Assembly: GCA_965243545.1 (NCBI GenBank)
Contig: OZ251573.1
Span: 2,539-66,538, forward strand
Length of the DNA stretch: 64,000 nt
Reading direction: 5' to 3'
Source: Spirochaetia bacterium
GTDB taxonomy: Bacteria > Spirochaetota > Spirochaetia > SZUA-6 > Bin103
The notes beneath the pieces are model-generated. The model ran no database searches and had not been told where the DNA came from. It worked only from the letters and a program-made list of their open reading frames with translations. This document shows, piece after piece, positions 40,262-50,046 of the stretch. Within the stretch, counting starts at the first letter, position 1. Every line of letters begins with the position of its first letter. The translations under genes were made by a program, and so were the position numbers.

Positions 40262-40954
40262 TCAGGTGATCAGAACCCGTTCGGGGACTTCCAGGTACCG
40301 CACGCCGGCGGCATCGGCTCGTTCCCGGTCGACCGCGTCGATCCGATGTCCGACCACCACCGCCACGCCATCCTCGCCGAACACGGCGGCGAGCGTATCC
40401 GCGCTGGTGCGGCTGCGGGTCAGGTCGTCGACGTCGAGCCGATTGGCTACCTCCACGGCAATCCAGACCGGCGCGCGGTCGCTCTGCCGTTGCGCCCGCA
40501 CGATGATGTCGGTGGCGGTGATCCGTTGCTCTTGGTCCGAGCTGATACGACCCTCGTCGGCGGCCGTGGCGATCGCTTCGCTGAAGTCATCGGGAGCCTG
40601 GTGCACGGCGCTCTGAATGATGCGGGTACGGCGCACCTGCAAGCTCTGACTCAGCAGGGGCCGAATCCTGCGATGTACTTTCATCTCCAGGTCGGAGCCC
40701 TTCAAGGCCCCGACGTCGGTCTTGAGCACCGCCACGTCGGTCTTGAGCGCCGCCACGTCGGTCTTGAGCGCCGCCACGTCGATCTTGAGTTCCGCCACGT
40801 CCTTTTCGATGCGATCCAGACGCGCAGGCACGCCAAGGAACTCATTGGTGAGCATGGCGCGCAACAGCAGGCGTTGAGCGTGCGGATTGGCGTCCAGCTC
40901 AGCGATAATGCGGGCTACGAGCGATTCCGGAGTGAGTTGTCGTTCAGCCGTCAT
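40262..40954 (-). CDS. Heptad-repeat coiled-coil protein with PD-(D/E)XK-like C-terminal domain
   Basis: DVAALKT repeats; TDIIV..WIAVEVA..DVDDLTRS pattern. Confidence 0.7.
   Translation of the reverse strand: MTAERQLTPESLVARIIAELDANPHAQRLLLRAMLTNEFLGVPARLDRIEKDVAELKIDVAALKTDVAALKTDVAVLKTDVGALKGSDLEMKVHRRIRPLLSQSLQVRRTRIIQSAVHQAPDDFSEAIATAADEGRISSDQEQRITATDIIVRAQRQSDRAPVWIAVEVANRLDVDDLTRSRTSADTLAAVFGEDGVAVVVGHRIDAVDRERADAAGVRYLEVPERVLIT
40711..40801. repeat. About four 21-bp tandem repeats encoding heptads
   Basis: ccacgtcggtcttgagcgccg unit. Confidence 0.88.
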
Positions 40955-41289
40955 GTGAATCCAACGTCCGCGCTCAAGCTACCGGCTGGCTCTGCTCCGG
41001 TCAAGTTCAGGGATTCCCGAGCCCGCGGCGCAACTCGGTGAGGCCGACCAGCAGCCAGCGAGCACAACGCCACGAAACGGCAGCCGGCGAATTCAGCCGG
41101 CAGCGAGAGGATGGCCGCCCGTAGCGCGTCCCGGACCAGCTTCACGCGGCCGTCCCTGCCAGCCAATCGCGCTGGGCAGTCCGACGTGGGTCGGTGCGCG
41201 CTACGAACGGTCCATAGTGGGCATGACGCTGACCAACGGCGAGCCGATGACGAGCGCGGCGCGGTCGGTGAAATGCCTCGGCACGCCCG

Positions 41290-41360
41290 ACGCGGCTCGT
41301 CGTAGACCCGCCGCACCCTGGCGCGCTGGTACCGTTCGATGGTCTGTGCGGTGATCGTTC
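41290..41360 (-). mobile_element. Internally deleted ISNCY-like transposase remnant
   Basis: ITAQTIERYQRAR (matches the 30.6-kb remnant) joined to a C-terminal-like VRRVYDEP. Confidence 0.55.
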
Positions 41361-41367
41361 GTGCGGT

Positions 41368-41725
41368 GCTGATGGCTGAGGTGTCGCCGGAGGGAGAGGT
41401 GGAGGTGCTGGCGCGGCACGTGGAGTACGTGCTGGCGACGCAGTCGGAGGAAGGGCTGCGAGCGTTCAGGGCAGCGTTGCGGCGCAACGTGCCCGGTCGT
41501 GGAGGAGAGCTTATGACTTACGTGGAACAGATAGAGGAGCGAGGCCGTCAGGAGGGCCGCCGGGAGGGCCGTCAGGAAGGCGTCTTGCGCACCATTGAAG
41601 GATTTCTGCAGCGCGATGTCCCGTGGTCGACCATCAAGGAGGCGACCAGCATCGACGAGTCCGAATTCGAGCGCCTCAAGCAGCAACTGGACGCCGGTGG
41701 CCCCGGCGCCGACCAATCCAACTGA
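41368..41725 (+). pseudogene. 3' fragment of an Rpn/YhgA-family gene; internal 70-aa ORF 41513-41725 intact
   Basis: YVLAT..GGELMTYVEQIEERGRQEGRREGRQEG..WSTIKEAT; GGAGGAG before ATG 41513. Confidence 0.72.
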
Positions 41726-42046
41726 CCAGGATGGGTGCTCGGTCTTGAGCGCTATCAGCAACTCGGCCGCCTGCGGCGGCAGCCGCCGCGGCCGGCCTCG
41801 GTCAGCCCGCGGCTTGGGGTACAGCGCATCGAAGCCGCCGAGACGATAGGCGTGCAGCCAGTCGCGTAGCATCTCGGCGGCCACGCTAGTGCGCAGCGTG
41901 CCGGGAATGTCGTAGGTCTGCGCGGCCTTCGCGCGCAACTGCTCGCCGATCCCGGCCGCGCCGGGCGGCTGGTGGGCCAAGTCGGCGATCAAGCGGTAGC
42001 GGAACAGCGCCACCGCGCGGCGCTGAGCTTCTTCGGCGTCGTTCAT
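41724..42046 (-). mobile_element. DDE transposase N-terminal fragment (copy 2)
   Basis: MNDAEEAQRRAVALFRYRLIADL...GGFDALYPKPRADRG, truncated at the Rpn fragment. Confidence 0.8.
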
Positions 42047-42107
42047 GTCGGTCACTCCTCGCGGTTCGGGGGTTCGCGCCGTCGGCGGCCTCCGTAGTGT
42101 GTGGTCA

Positions 42108-42345
42108 TCACTGGGTCGACGGACCAAAAGTGGGATTCCCAGCCCCGTCGAGGCGGGGGCGCAATCCGAGCGGCGCCGGTGGCGACGGCAACGACGAGGC
42201 GGCCAGCGTCCGCAGCCTCACCAACACCGCCTTGGTCCCCAACCGTTTGCGGCAGGCGCTCAGTTCGGGGCGGCAGCCGGCCAGCTCGTCAGGCAGCGAG
42301 AGGATCACCGCCCGCAGCGCCGCCCGCACCAGCTTTCACGCGGCG
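42108..42345 (-). mobile_element. Remnant of the accessory gene preceding the DDE transposase; partial second copy at 41077-41150
   Basis: LVRAALRAVILSLPDELAGCRP..LPSPPAPLG; about 75 bp duplicated. Confidence 0.5.
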
Positions 42346-42451
42346 TTCCAGTCCCGTGCCGGGCGAACGAGCTCGACGGCTACCTCGCGCACCGCCTGCA
42401 GCGCTTCAACGCCGGCCCATCAGCCCGGTCTGACAGCGCCCGGCCGGCAGT

Positions 42452-42967
42452 TTACGCCGCTCCCTTCCGAGTTTCGCGCACTTGGCGGCGGTCATGCACC
42501 GGCATGCGGTCCGGCGCTCCGGCATTCATCAATGCTCCTGCGATCACGCCCTCGACCTTCGACAGCCGATGCCCGACGTTGATCAGACGCTCGTTGGCTT
42601 CCTTGACACCGCCTTCCAGCCCGTCGATACGAGCGTCGAGCCGGCCCTCGGTCGCCTGCATCTCAGCCCGCAGCCGGCCCTCGGTCGCCTTCACGTCATC
42701 GCGGAGCACCGCGATGTCCTCACGGAACCCGCTGATCGCGCCGTCAATACGAGATTCGAGCCGGCTGTCGCCCGCTCTCATCTCCTCCCGCAGCCTGCCG
42801 ATGGCCGCCTCAAGCCGGCCTTCGCCCGCCTTCGTCTCCTCACGGAGCAGGGCCATGTCCTTACGGTGCCGGCCGTCGATCCACCGGATCAACGCGAACA
42901 TGACGGCGCCGAGCGGGATGGTGCCGCCGACGATCGCCCCGATGGTCGCCATCAGATTCTGGTCCAT
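42452..42967 (-). CDS. N-terminally anchored coiled-coil hypothetical protein
   Basis: N-terminal TM, 11-residue (A/G)EGRL repeats, RLSKVEG; SD GGAGG. Confidence 0.75.
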   Translation of the reverse strand: MDQNLMATIGAIVGGTIPLGAVMFALIRWIDGRHRKDMALLREETKAGEGRLEAAIGRLREEMRAGDSRLESRIDGAISGFREDIAVLRDDVKATEGRLRAEMQATEGRLDARIDGLEGGVKEANERLINVGHRLSKVEGVIAGALMNAGAPDRMPVHDRRQVRETRKGAA

Positions 42968-43439
42968 TCGTCCTCCCCGAGCGCCATCCGATCCCCGGCC
43001 CGATCCTACCGGTTCGCGCGCGCGGTGTCACCGCGCCGGGGGACGGAGCGCTCTCTACACCAGACAACGCCGCGTGTTCGCTGTCGCTTCAACGCCGGCG
43101 CATCAAGTGGCGCGCCCGATCTCCGTGCGTCGTCATGGTCCGGGTGTCGCCGGCACGCTTGGCCGCCGGGCTCAACGGTCACCCGGCAGACGCATCGACG
43201 CGGGTTGACAGCGCAGTCGGCAGTTGCATGCGCAGGACGGCCACCAGCCGCTTGCCGCGCAGGAACCCGAACAGATGCCAGACCCCGTGCACCGCCGCTG
43301 CCACGCGCTCATCGTAGTGGCGGGCGCTGCGGCGTCGCAGGCGGCGCTGACCGACCACGACGGCTATGAGCCTCTACCTGAGTTGCGGCGTCAGTTGGCT
43401 TGCCAACCGACTGGCAACGATCTGCGTGTGGAACAGGGC

Positions 43440-43590
43440 AGGCGAAAAGGTCGAACAAGTATTCGCCTCCAGCATCGTGCTGGTCTGCCGGCGGAGGCCC
43501 GCCGATGCTCCGCGCGCCACGCGCCGGAATCTTCGGGACGCGCTGGAGGCGTTGTTGCGCCGAGCGGGCATCGACCCGAAGCAGGGATGA
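43440..43590 (+). pseudogene. Short remnant resembling a DUF1156-type DNA methyltransferase
   Basis: ASSIVLVCRRRPADAPRATRR segment. Confidence 0.45.
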
Positions 43591-43628
43591 GTTAGGTTAG
43601 GCCCCCGCGGATGTGCTACGGTAGAGTC

Positions 43629-45830
43629 ATGCTGAAGGTTCGGATGCGTGCCGGTGGGCTGCGGGGGGCTGCGTTCCTCGCCGTGTTGTCAGGTGGACTG
43701 CTGCTCATGGCGAATCAGCCGGTCGCGGCGCAGGAGGAGGCGGGCGGCCATCCGACCGACCCCTGGTTTGCCCTCGATCACGTGCTCGACGTGGCCGTGG
43801 AGATGGACCCCGGGGACTGGGACACCCTGCGCCGGCAGACGCGGACCTGGGGCGATGCGTTCGGCGGCACGGAGTGCCTGGCCCAGCCGTTCGCCTCGGT
43901 CTTTTCCTGGTTTACGGCGGACGTCACGGTCGACGGCCAGCGCTACGGCGACGTCGGGGTGCGCAAGAAGGGGTTTCTCGGCTCGCTCAGCGAAGAGAAG
44001 CCGTCGCTCAAGATCGGCTTCGACAAGTTCACGGACGATCAGGCGCTCGGCGGCGTGCTCCGGCGCCTCACCCTCAACAACAGCCTGCAAGACCCGTCGT
44101 TGCTCAACACCTGCATGGCGTACCAGGTGTTTGCCGCCGCCGGGTTGCCGGCGCCGCGTTGCAACTACGCCCGGGTCGCCGTAAACCGCGAGCCGCTCGG
44201 CCTCTACGTGCACGTCGAGGACATCGAGCGCTCGCTCCTGGAGCGCGCCTTTGCCGATGCCGGCGGCAACCTGTACGAAGGAACGGTAAGCGACTTCCGG
44301 CCCGAGTTCCGCGGCACCATCGACAAGAAGACCAACCGGGACTCCGGCGACTGGTCGGACGTCGACGCCGTGGTGGCCGCCCTGCAGGACCCCTCACCGG
44401 CCGGCCTGGAGGCCCTGGCCGCGACCGTCGACCTCGACCAATTCCTCGCCTTCTGGGCGGCCGAGGCGCTGGTCGGGCACTGGGACGGCTACGCCGGCGA
44501 CCGCAACAACTTCTACGTGTACCGCGAGCCGGAGGGGCGCTTCACGTTCATCCCGTGGGGGGCGGACGATACGTTCAGGACCACCGACAACCCCTTCGAC
44601 GACTTCGTGTCGCCGCCGTCGGTCATGGCGCACGGCGCCATCGCCCACCGCCTGTACGGCGACGGCGAGTGGCGGGCGCGGTATGCCGCGCGCCTGCGGG
44701 AACTGCTCGATACGGTCTGGGACGAAGCGGAACTGCTGCGCCGTAGCTTGCAAATGGCGGTGGTCGTGCAGACCCACGCGTTGCCCGAACGGCGCGCCGA
44801 GGCCGCCGCCGACGCCAAGCGCGTGCGCCAATTCATCCGCGGGCGGCGGGCCGAGATCATGGCCGACCTGCAGCCCGCCCCGCCGGACTGGCCGTGGCCC
44901 CTCGCCCCCGCGGAGGTGTGCCTGGGCGAGCCGACCGTGCTGGAGCTGTGGTTCAAGACCGCCTGGGGCACCAAGGAAGGCGCCGACCCGTTCGTGGCCG
45001 GCGCCGTAACCCGCTTCCTGGTGGATGGAGCGGAACAGCCGGTCGGGAACACCGGCGTTACCGCGGGCATGGCGCGGCCCGACGAAGCGGCGCAGATGGG
45101 AGTCGAGGAGGCAGCCGTGGTCACCCTGATGACGAGGGAGCCGGATTTCTCCATCGACGGAATCACGGCTTGGCTGCCGCCCGACCGCGCCGCCGCCGGC
45201 GCCCGGCTGGCCATCGGCGAGCAGGGGGTGGGCGGCGCCGCCTGGTCACTGGCGCCCGGCGCCGCGGAGCCGAAGGACGTTATCCCGATCCTCAGCGGCA
45301 GGCTGGAGTTGGACGCGGCCGGCACGAAACCGGGGGCCGTCGTCTCCGGCCGCTTCTACGGCACGCTGTGGGGCGTCGCCGAACCGGACACGACCGAAGG
45401 CGAAGACGAACCGGCAGCGGCCGCACCCGGCGACTCCGGTCTGGTCATCAACGAGGTGGCTGCCCGCGGCGAACCGCGCGACTGGTTCGAGCTTTACAAC
45501 GCGTCGGATGAGCCGTTGCCGCTCGCCGGCTATGTATTTGCCGACGACCTGACCGACCGCGGCAAGCGCACCCCGTTCCCGGAGGGTCTGATCATCGAAC
45601 CGGGCGCCTACCTGCGGATCGAATTGGACTCGGACGGTTGGCCCGGCTTCGCGCTCGGCAGGGACGAGGAGCTCGGCATCTGGTCGACGGACGGCGACCC
45701 GGTGGCGCAGGTCGACTGGCAGCGGGGAGACTCCGACGACGGAATGAGCTACGCCCGCGTGCCCGACGTCACCGGCCCCTTCCAAACCGTAACCGCCCCC
45801 ACTCCGGGCGCCCCGAACGCCGCGCCCTGA
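43629..45830 (+). CDS. Secreted CotH-kinase family protein with C-terminal lamin-tail domain
   Basis: Signal peptide, GVRKKG, KPSLKI, HWDGY..NNFYVY, FIPWGAD; VINEV..DWFELYN..PTPGAPN. Confidence 0.88.
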   Translation: MLKVRMRAGGLRGAAFLAVLSGGLLLMANQPVAAQEEAGGHPTDPWFALDHVLDVAVEMDPGDWDTLRRQTRTWGDAFGGTECLAQPFASVFSWFTADVTVDGQRYGDVGVRKKGFLGSLSEEKPSLKIGFDKFTDDQALGGVLRRLTLNNSLQDPSLLNTCMAYQVFAAAGLPAPRCNYARVAVNREPLGLYVHVEDIERSLLERAFADAGGNLYEGTVSDFRPEFRGTIDKKTNRDSGDWSDVDAVVAALQDPSPAGLEALAATVDLDQFLAFWAAEALVGHWDGYAGDRNNFYVYREPEGRFTFIPWGADDTFRTTDNPFDDFVSPPSVMAHGAIAHRLYGDGEWRARYAARLRELLDTVWDEAELLRRSLQMAVVVQTHALPERRAEAAADAKRVRQFIRGRRAEIMADLQPAPPDWPWPLAPAEVCLGEPTVLELWFKTAWGTKEGADPFVAGAVTRFLVDGAEQPVGNTGVTAGMARPDEAAQMGVEEAAVVTLMTREPDFSIDGITAWLPPDRAAAGARLAIGEQGVGGAAWSLAPGAAEPKDVIPILSGRLELDAAGTKPGAVVSGRFYGTLWGVAEPDTTEGEDEPAAAAPGDSGLVINEVAARGEPRDWFELYNASDEPLPLAGYVFADDLTDRGKRTPFPEGLIIEPGAYLRIELDSDGWPGFALGRDEELGIWSTDGDPVAQVDWQRGDSDDGMSYARVPDVTGPFQTVTAPTPGAPNAAP

Positions 45831-45878
45831 CAATCAAGATCGGCGCCACGCCGCACGTCACCTTGGCATCCTCCGTCT

Positions 45879-45906
45879 TTGACGGCATGGGCGTTCATGC
45901 TACGGT
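45879..45906 (+). promoter_or_regulatory. Sigma70-like promoter of the sugar ABC operon
   Basis: TTGACG-N16-TACGGT with extended TG; SD AAGGAG at 45948. Confidence 0.5.
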
Positions 45907-45960
45907 TGACGGGCCTCCCATCAGGAGGCCAGCCAATCTCACACGGAAAGGAGTTGCGAG

Positions 45961-47274
45961 ATGAGAAGCAAAATCGTGCTTTCAGCCGTCCTGGCGTGTC
46001 TGCTCGCCGGCGGGTTCGCGTTCGCCGAGGGCGAAGTCGAAGGTTCCGGCGAAAAGACCATCACGTTCTGGCACCACACCTATACGGTGGCGACCGAATG
46101 GATGCGCGCGCAAGCCGCCGAGTACCTGGAGGACCATCCCGGCCTGCAGATCGACATCATCGAATATCCGCACGGCGACTACGAGGTGCGCCTGCGCGCG
46201 GCGATAGCGGCCGGCGATCCGCCCGACATTCTCAACGTCCTGGACTACCTGTTCCCGGAGTTCTACCAGAAGGGTTGGTTGGCGCCGGTCGATCCCGGCG
46301 CATTTGGCGTGAGCACGCAACAGGACGTCGTCGACCTGTTCGTCGACCCGGCGCTGGAGGGCATGGTGTTCGACGGCCAGGTCTACGGCGTGCCGGCCGA
46401 GTTCAACACCTTCGTGCTGTTCCTCAACCGGGAGATGTTTCAGGAGGCCGGCCTGGACGCCTCCGCGCTGTCGGCGCAGTGGCAGGAGCGGGCCGCGACC
46501 TGGGATGAGTTCTTCGATCTGCTGGGCTCGGTCGAGCGGCGTAACGCGGACGGCGCCATCGAACGGATCGGCTTCAACTGGGTGTGGGGACTGGATTCGT
46601 TCTGGTACGCCCAGCAGTTCTGGAACGTCACGCAGCAGTACGGCTGCGACGTCATCGACGCGGACGACCGGGTCGCGATCGACTCGCACGCCTGCGTGCA
46701 GGCGTTCGAAGACACGTGGAACCGGCTGATCGCCGAGGGGCGCGGCGGCCCCGACATCGCCACCGCCAGTCCGGTCTACGCCTTCCAGGACTTCATGGAA
46801 GAGCGCCAGGCGGTCGTCATGGGCGGCCCGTGGGCGCCGGCGGCGTGGCGGGAGAATTCGCCCAACGTATTCGACAACTTCGTGGTGGCGCCGATTCCGC
46901 AGCGCGATCCCGACGATCCGCAGACCTTCATCCACACCTACGCGCTGGCGGTGAGCGCCGGTTCCGATGCCGAAAGCGAATCGTGGGACTTCCTGGACGT
47001 CCTGCTTTCCACGCCCGGCGAGATGTACGAGGTAGCCGGCTATATCAACGGCCGCCGCGGCATGTTCCAGCTGCCGCAGGTGCGCAACGCGCTGCGCGGC
47101 GTGGAAGTGTACGAGCAGAGCTACGCCACCGGCAGCTTCGTCTGGCGCAGTCCGACGTGGGCGCAGGAAGGCGAGTTCATCAAGAACGCCATTGAGGAGT
47201 TTGCCGAGAGCGGCGACGTCGCCGGCGCCTTGAGCAAGGCGGCGGCCGAGATGCGCCGGCTTCGCGGCGAATAG
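45961..47274 (+). CDS. Carbohydrate ABC transporter solute-binding protein
   Basis: Signal peptide, ITFWH, AGDPPDI, DGQVYGVP. Confidence 0.9.
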   Translation: MRSKIVLSAVLACLLAGGFAFAEGEVEGSGEKTITFWHHTYTVATEWMRAQAAEYLEDHPGLQIDIIEYPHGDYEVRLRAAIAAGDPPDILNVLDYLFPEFYQKGWLAPVDPGAFGVSTQQDVVDLFVDPALEGMVFDGQVYGVPAEFNTFVLFLNREMFQEAGLDASALSAQWQERAATWDEFFDLLGSVERRNADGAIERIGFNWVWGLDSFWYAQQFWNVTQQYGCDVIDADDRVAIDSHACVQAFEDTWNRLIAEGRGGPDIATASPVYAFQDFMEERQAVVMGGPWAPAAWRENSPNVFDNFVVAPIPQRDPDDPQTFIHTYALAVSAGSDAESESWDFLDVLLSTPGEMYEVAGYINGRRGMFQLPQVRNALRGVEVYEQSYATGSFVWRSPTWAQEGEFIKNAIEEFAESGDVAGALSKAAAEMRRLRGE

Positions 47275-47306
47275 GCCCGGCTCGGCCGGTACCGATCCAT
47301 CCGGTA

Positions 47307-47351
47307 CGGCGCGCGGGGCGTCGGGTCAGCTGATCCGGCGCGCCCGCGCCG
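47307..47351 (+). promoter_or_regulatory. Intercistronic hairpin after the SBP gene (probable mRNA stabiliser)
   Basis: cggcgcgcggggcgtcgggtcag / ctgatccggcgcgcccgcgccg imperfect inverted repeat. Confidence 0.45.
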
Positions 47352-47377
47352 TTCCGGTCTCTCAAAACCTGAAACCG

Positions 47378-48250
47378 ATGTTGCGCGAACGTCATCGAGA
47401 GGCGGCGTGGGGTCTGCTGTTCGCGCTTCCCGCCATCGCGCTGCTCGCCCTGTTCAGCCTCTATCCGATGGGGCGAGCGTTCTACTTCAGCCTCACCGAC
47501 TACGATCTGCGGCCGGGACCGGCCTTCGTCGGGCTGGAAAACTACCTGCGGACCGTCGGTGGCAGCGCCTTTCTCAACTCGCTCAAGGTGAGCGTCGTGT
47601 ACGTGTTCGGGACCGTCATTCCGGTATGGCTGCTCAGCTTTGGCTTGGCGTCGCTGCTGTTCAACGCCCGCCGCGGAGCCGGCGCGTGGCGAACGGTGCT
47701 GTTCCTGCCGACCGTGGTGCCGCTGCTGACGGTCACGCTGGTCTGGAAGCTGTTCTTCAACTACCGCGGCGTGGTCAACGCACTGCTCGCTCCGATCCTG
47801 CCCGAACCGATCGCCTGGCTCACCAAGTCCGCGTACGCGCCGCTGGCGCTGATCATCACCAGCTGGTGGCACGCGGCCAGCTATTACATGATCCTGTTTC
47901 TGGCCGGACGCCAAGCGGTGCCGGCCGCGCACGAAGAGGCGGCGCAGATCGAAGGGGCCGGCGCGTGGCAGCGCCTGCGGTGGGTCGTGCTGCCGCACAT
48001 GCGGCCCACGATCGTGTTGGTCATGGTGATCTCGGTCATCAACGGCTTTCGCACCTTCGCCCTGCAGCACGTCATGACCGGCGGCGGCCCCGGCACCGCC
48101 ACCGAGATCATGACCCTGCTGATCTACAAGACGGCGTTCAACTTCGGCGAATACGGCGAGGCGGCGGCGATCTCCATCCTCTATCTGGTGATGATCCTGA
48201 TATTCAGCGTGGCGCAGTTCCGCTTGCTGCGGGGAGCGGAGCATGGTTAG
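47378..48250 (+). CDS. Sugar ABC permease
   Basis: FVGLENY, EAAQIEGA EAA loop, TGGGP. Confidence 0.92.
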   Translation: MLRERHREAAWGLLFALPAIALLALFSLYPMGRAFYFSLTDYDLRPGPAFVGLENYLRTVGGSAFLNSLKVSVVYVFGTVIPVWLLSFGLASLLFNARRGAGAWRTVLFLPTVVPLLTVTLVWKLFFNYRGVVNALLAPILPEPIAWLTKSAYAPLALIITSWWHAASYYMILFLAGRQAVPAAHEEAAQIEGAGAWQRLRWVVLPHMRPTIVLVMVISVINGFRTFALQHVMTGGGPGTATEIMTLLIYKTAFNFGEYGEAAAISILYLVMILIFSVAQFRLLRGAEHG

Positions 48251-49088
48251 ACGGCATGGGGCCGCCTCCGGCGCCGCCGCCCGGGTGACGGCGACGCTGG
48301 CGCTCTCGGCCGCCGCCGCGGTGACCGTGCTGCCGCTGGTGTGGATGGTGAGCACCTCCTTCAAGGCGCCGGATGCGGTATTCACCCTGCCGGTCCGCTG
48401 GTTGCCGGACGCCCTGCGCTTCGGAAACTACGGCGAGGCGCTGACGTCGAGGCCGTTCGGGCGCTACGCGGTGAACTCCATCGGGGTGTCGCTGGCCAGC
48501 GTCGTCATCACCGCGGCGTTCAGCGCGGCCGCCGGCTACGGCTTCGCGCGCTTTCGCTTTCCGGGCCGCGACGTGCTGTTCGTCCTGGTGCTCGCCTCCA
48601 TCGTGATACCGTTCGAGGCTATCGCGCTGCCGCTCTACCTGCAGATCCACCGGTGGCAGTGGCTCAACACCTACGTCGGGCTGACGCTGCCGACGGCGCT
48701 GTCCCCGATCGGCATCTTCATCATGCGCCAGTACATCCTTGGCATCCCGCAGGACTTCATCGACAGCGCCCGTAGCGAAGGGGCATCGGAACTCCGCATC
48801 CTGGTCACCATCATCCGGCCGCTCAGCATGCCGGCGCTGGCGGCGGTGGCGATCTTTACCTTCGTCTGGAACTGGAACAACTACCTGTGGCCGCTGCTGG
48901 TGGTCTCCCGAGACTCCCTGCGCACGCTGCCGCTCGGTATGGCGCTGTTCGAGAATCAGCTCAACGTCAACTACAATCAGGTGATGGCGGTAGCGGTGTT
49001 CGGCGCCCTGCCGCTGGTGCTGATGTTCATGCTGCTGCAGCGCAACTTCGTTCGCGGCGTGGCGCTGACCGGGCTGCGCGAAGGCTGA
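48243..49088 (+). CDS. Sugar ABC permease
   Basis: DSARSEGA, WNNYLWPL, RTLPLG. Confidence 0.92.
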   Translation: MVRRHGAASGAAARVTATLALSAAAAVTVLPLVWMVSTSFKAPDAVFTLPVRWLPDALRFGNYGEALTSRPFGRYAVNSIGVSLASVVITAAFSAAAGYGFARFRFPGRDVLFVLVLASIVIPFEAIALPLYLQIHRWQWLNTYVGLTLPTALSPIGIFIMRQYILGIPQDFIDSARSEGASELRILVTIIRPLSMPALAAVAIFTFVWNWNNYLWPLLVVSRDSLRTLPLGMALFENQLNVNYNQVMAVAVFGALPLVLMFMLLQRNFVRGVALTGLREG

Positions 49089-49110
49089 CCGGGAGGATCA
49101 CGGAGGCGTC

Positions 49111-50043
49111 ATGGCGGTACTGGCGGTAGACATCGGCGGCACGCGCACGCGCGCGCTGCTGGTGAGGGACCGTCCGAGCGCGGAATCGCCGGCGCCGCAG
49201 CCGGCGGAGATGGCCACCCGCGGCGTCGGGCAGCCGTTGGCGCTGGACGGCCTGCTCGATTTTCTGGACCGCCTGTGCGGCGCGGCCGACGAACCGATGG
49301 AGGCGGTCGGGGTGTCGATCGCCGGCGTGCTCGACGCCGAACGGCGCACCGTGCTGCAGGCGCTCAACGTCGGTTGGCGGGACGCGCCCCTGTGGGACGC
49401 TCTGCGCACCCGGTTCCGGCGCCCGGTCGTGTTGGAGACCGACGCCTTCGCCGCCGCCGGCGCGGAGCTCCGGCTGGGCGCCGGGCGGCGCCATGCGACG
49501 TTCGTCTACGTCACCGTCGGCACCGGCATCGGCCATGCGCTGGTGCTGGATGGCCGCATCTGGCGGGGCGTTCACGGCGCCGCGTGCACGTTCGGTCACC
49601 TCAAGTCAGGCATCGACCCCGACTGCGGAGCCGCCTGTGACTGCGGCGGCCATGGCTGCCTGTGCCAGTACGCCTCCGGGCGCGGCATCGCCCGATTGGC
49701 CCGGCGCGAAGACCAACGCCGGCGGCATGACGGGCCGGGCGTCCTGGCGGCCGCGGCGCGCGGCGAACCGTGGGCGCGCACGGTCATGGAGACCGCGACC
49801 GACGCCCTTGCCCTCGGTGTGAGTCACGCGCTGACGCTGACCGACTGCGGCGTGGCCGTGATCGGCGGCGGGGCGGTGTCCGGCCGGTGGCCCGACCCGG
49901 CGCAGCTCCGCGACCGCGTGCGGGCGCGGCTCCACCCGCAGGTCGGGGTTTCGGAGATCGCCATTTCGCGGGTGCCCCACGCGGCGTTGCTCGGCGCCGC
50001 GCTACGGGCGTTCGATCACGTAGAGGGAAGAGGAGGAGCATAG
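49111..50043 (+). CDS. ROK family sugar kinase
   Basis: AVDIGGT, VGTGIG, FGH, CDCGGHGCL. Confidence 0.88.
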   Translation: MAVLAVDIGGTRTRALLVRDRPSAESPAPQPAEMATRGVGQPLALDGLLDFLDRLCGAADEPMEAVGVSIAGVLDAERRTVLQALNVGWRDAPLWDALRTRFRRPVVLETDAFAAAGAELRLGAGRRHATFVYVTVGTGIGHALVLDGRIWRGVHGAACTFGHLKSGIDPDCGAACDCGGHGCLCQYASGRGIARLARREDQRRRHDGPGVLAAAARGEPWARTVMETATDALALGVSHALTLTDCGVAVIGGGAVSGRWPDPAQLRDRVRARLHPQVGVSEIAISRVPHAALLGAALRAFDHVEGRGGA

Positions 50044-50046
50044 GCG

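Noticed and set aside
40711-40801. Regular repeats that could suggest a CRISPR array
   Set aside because: Contiguous in-frame coding repeats with no spacers and no cas genes; same for the sucC repeats.
42402-43105. Integron attC cassette
   Set aside because: The repeats are direct and lack the RYYYAAC/GTTRRRY inverted core; no integrase nearby.
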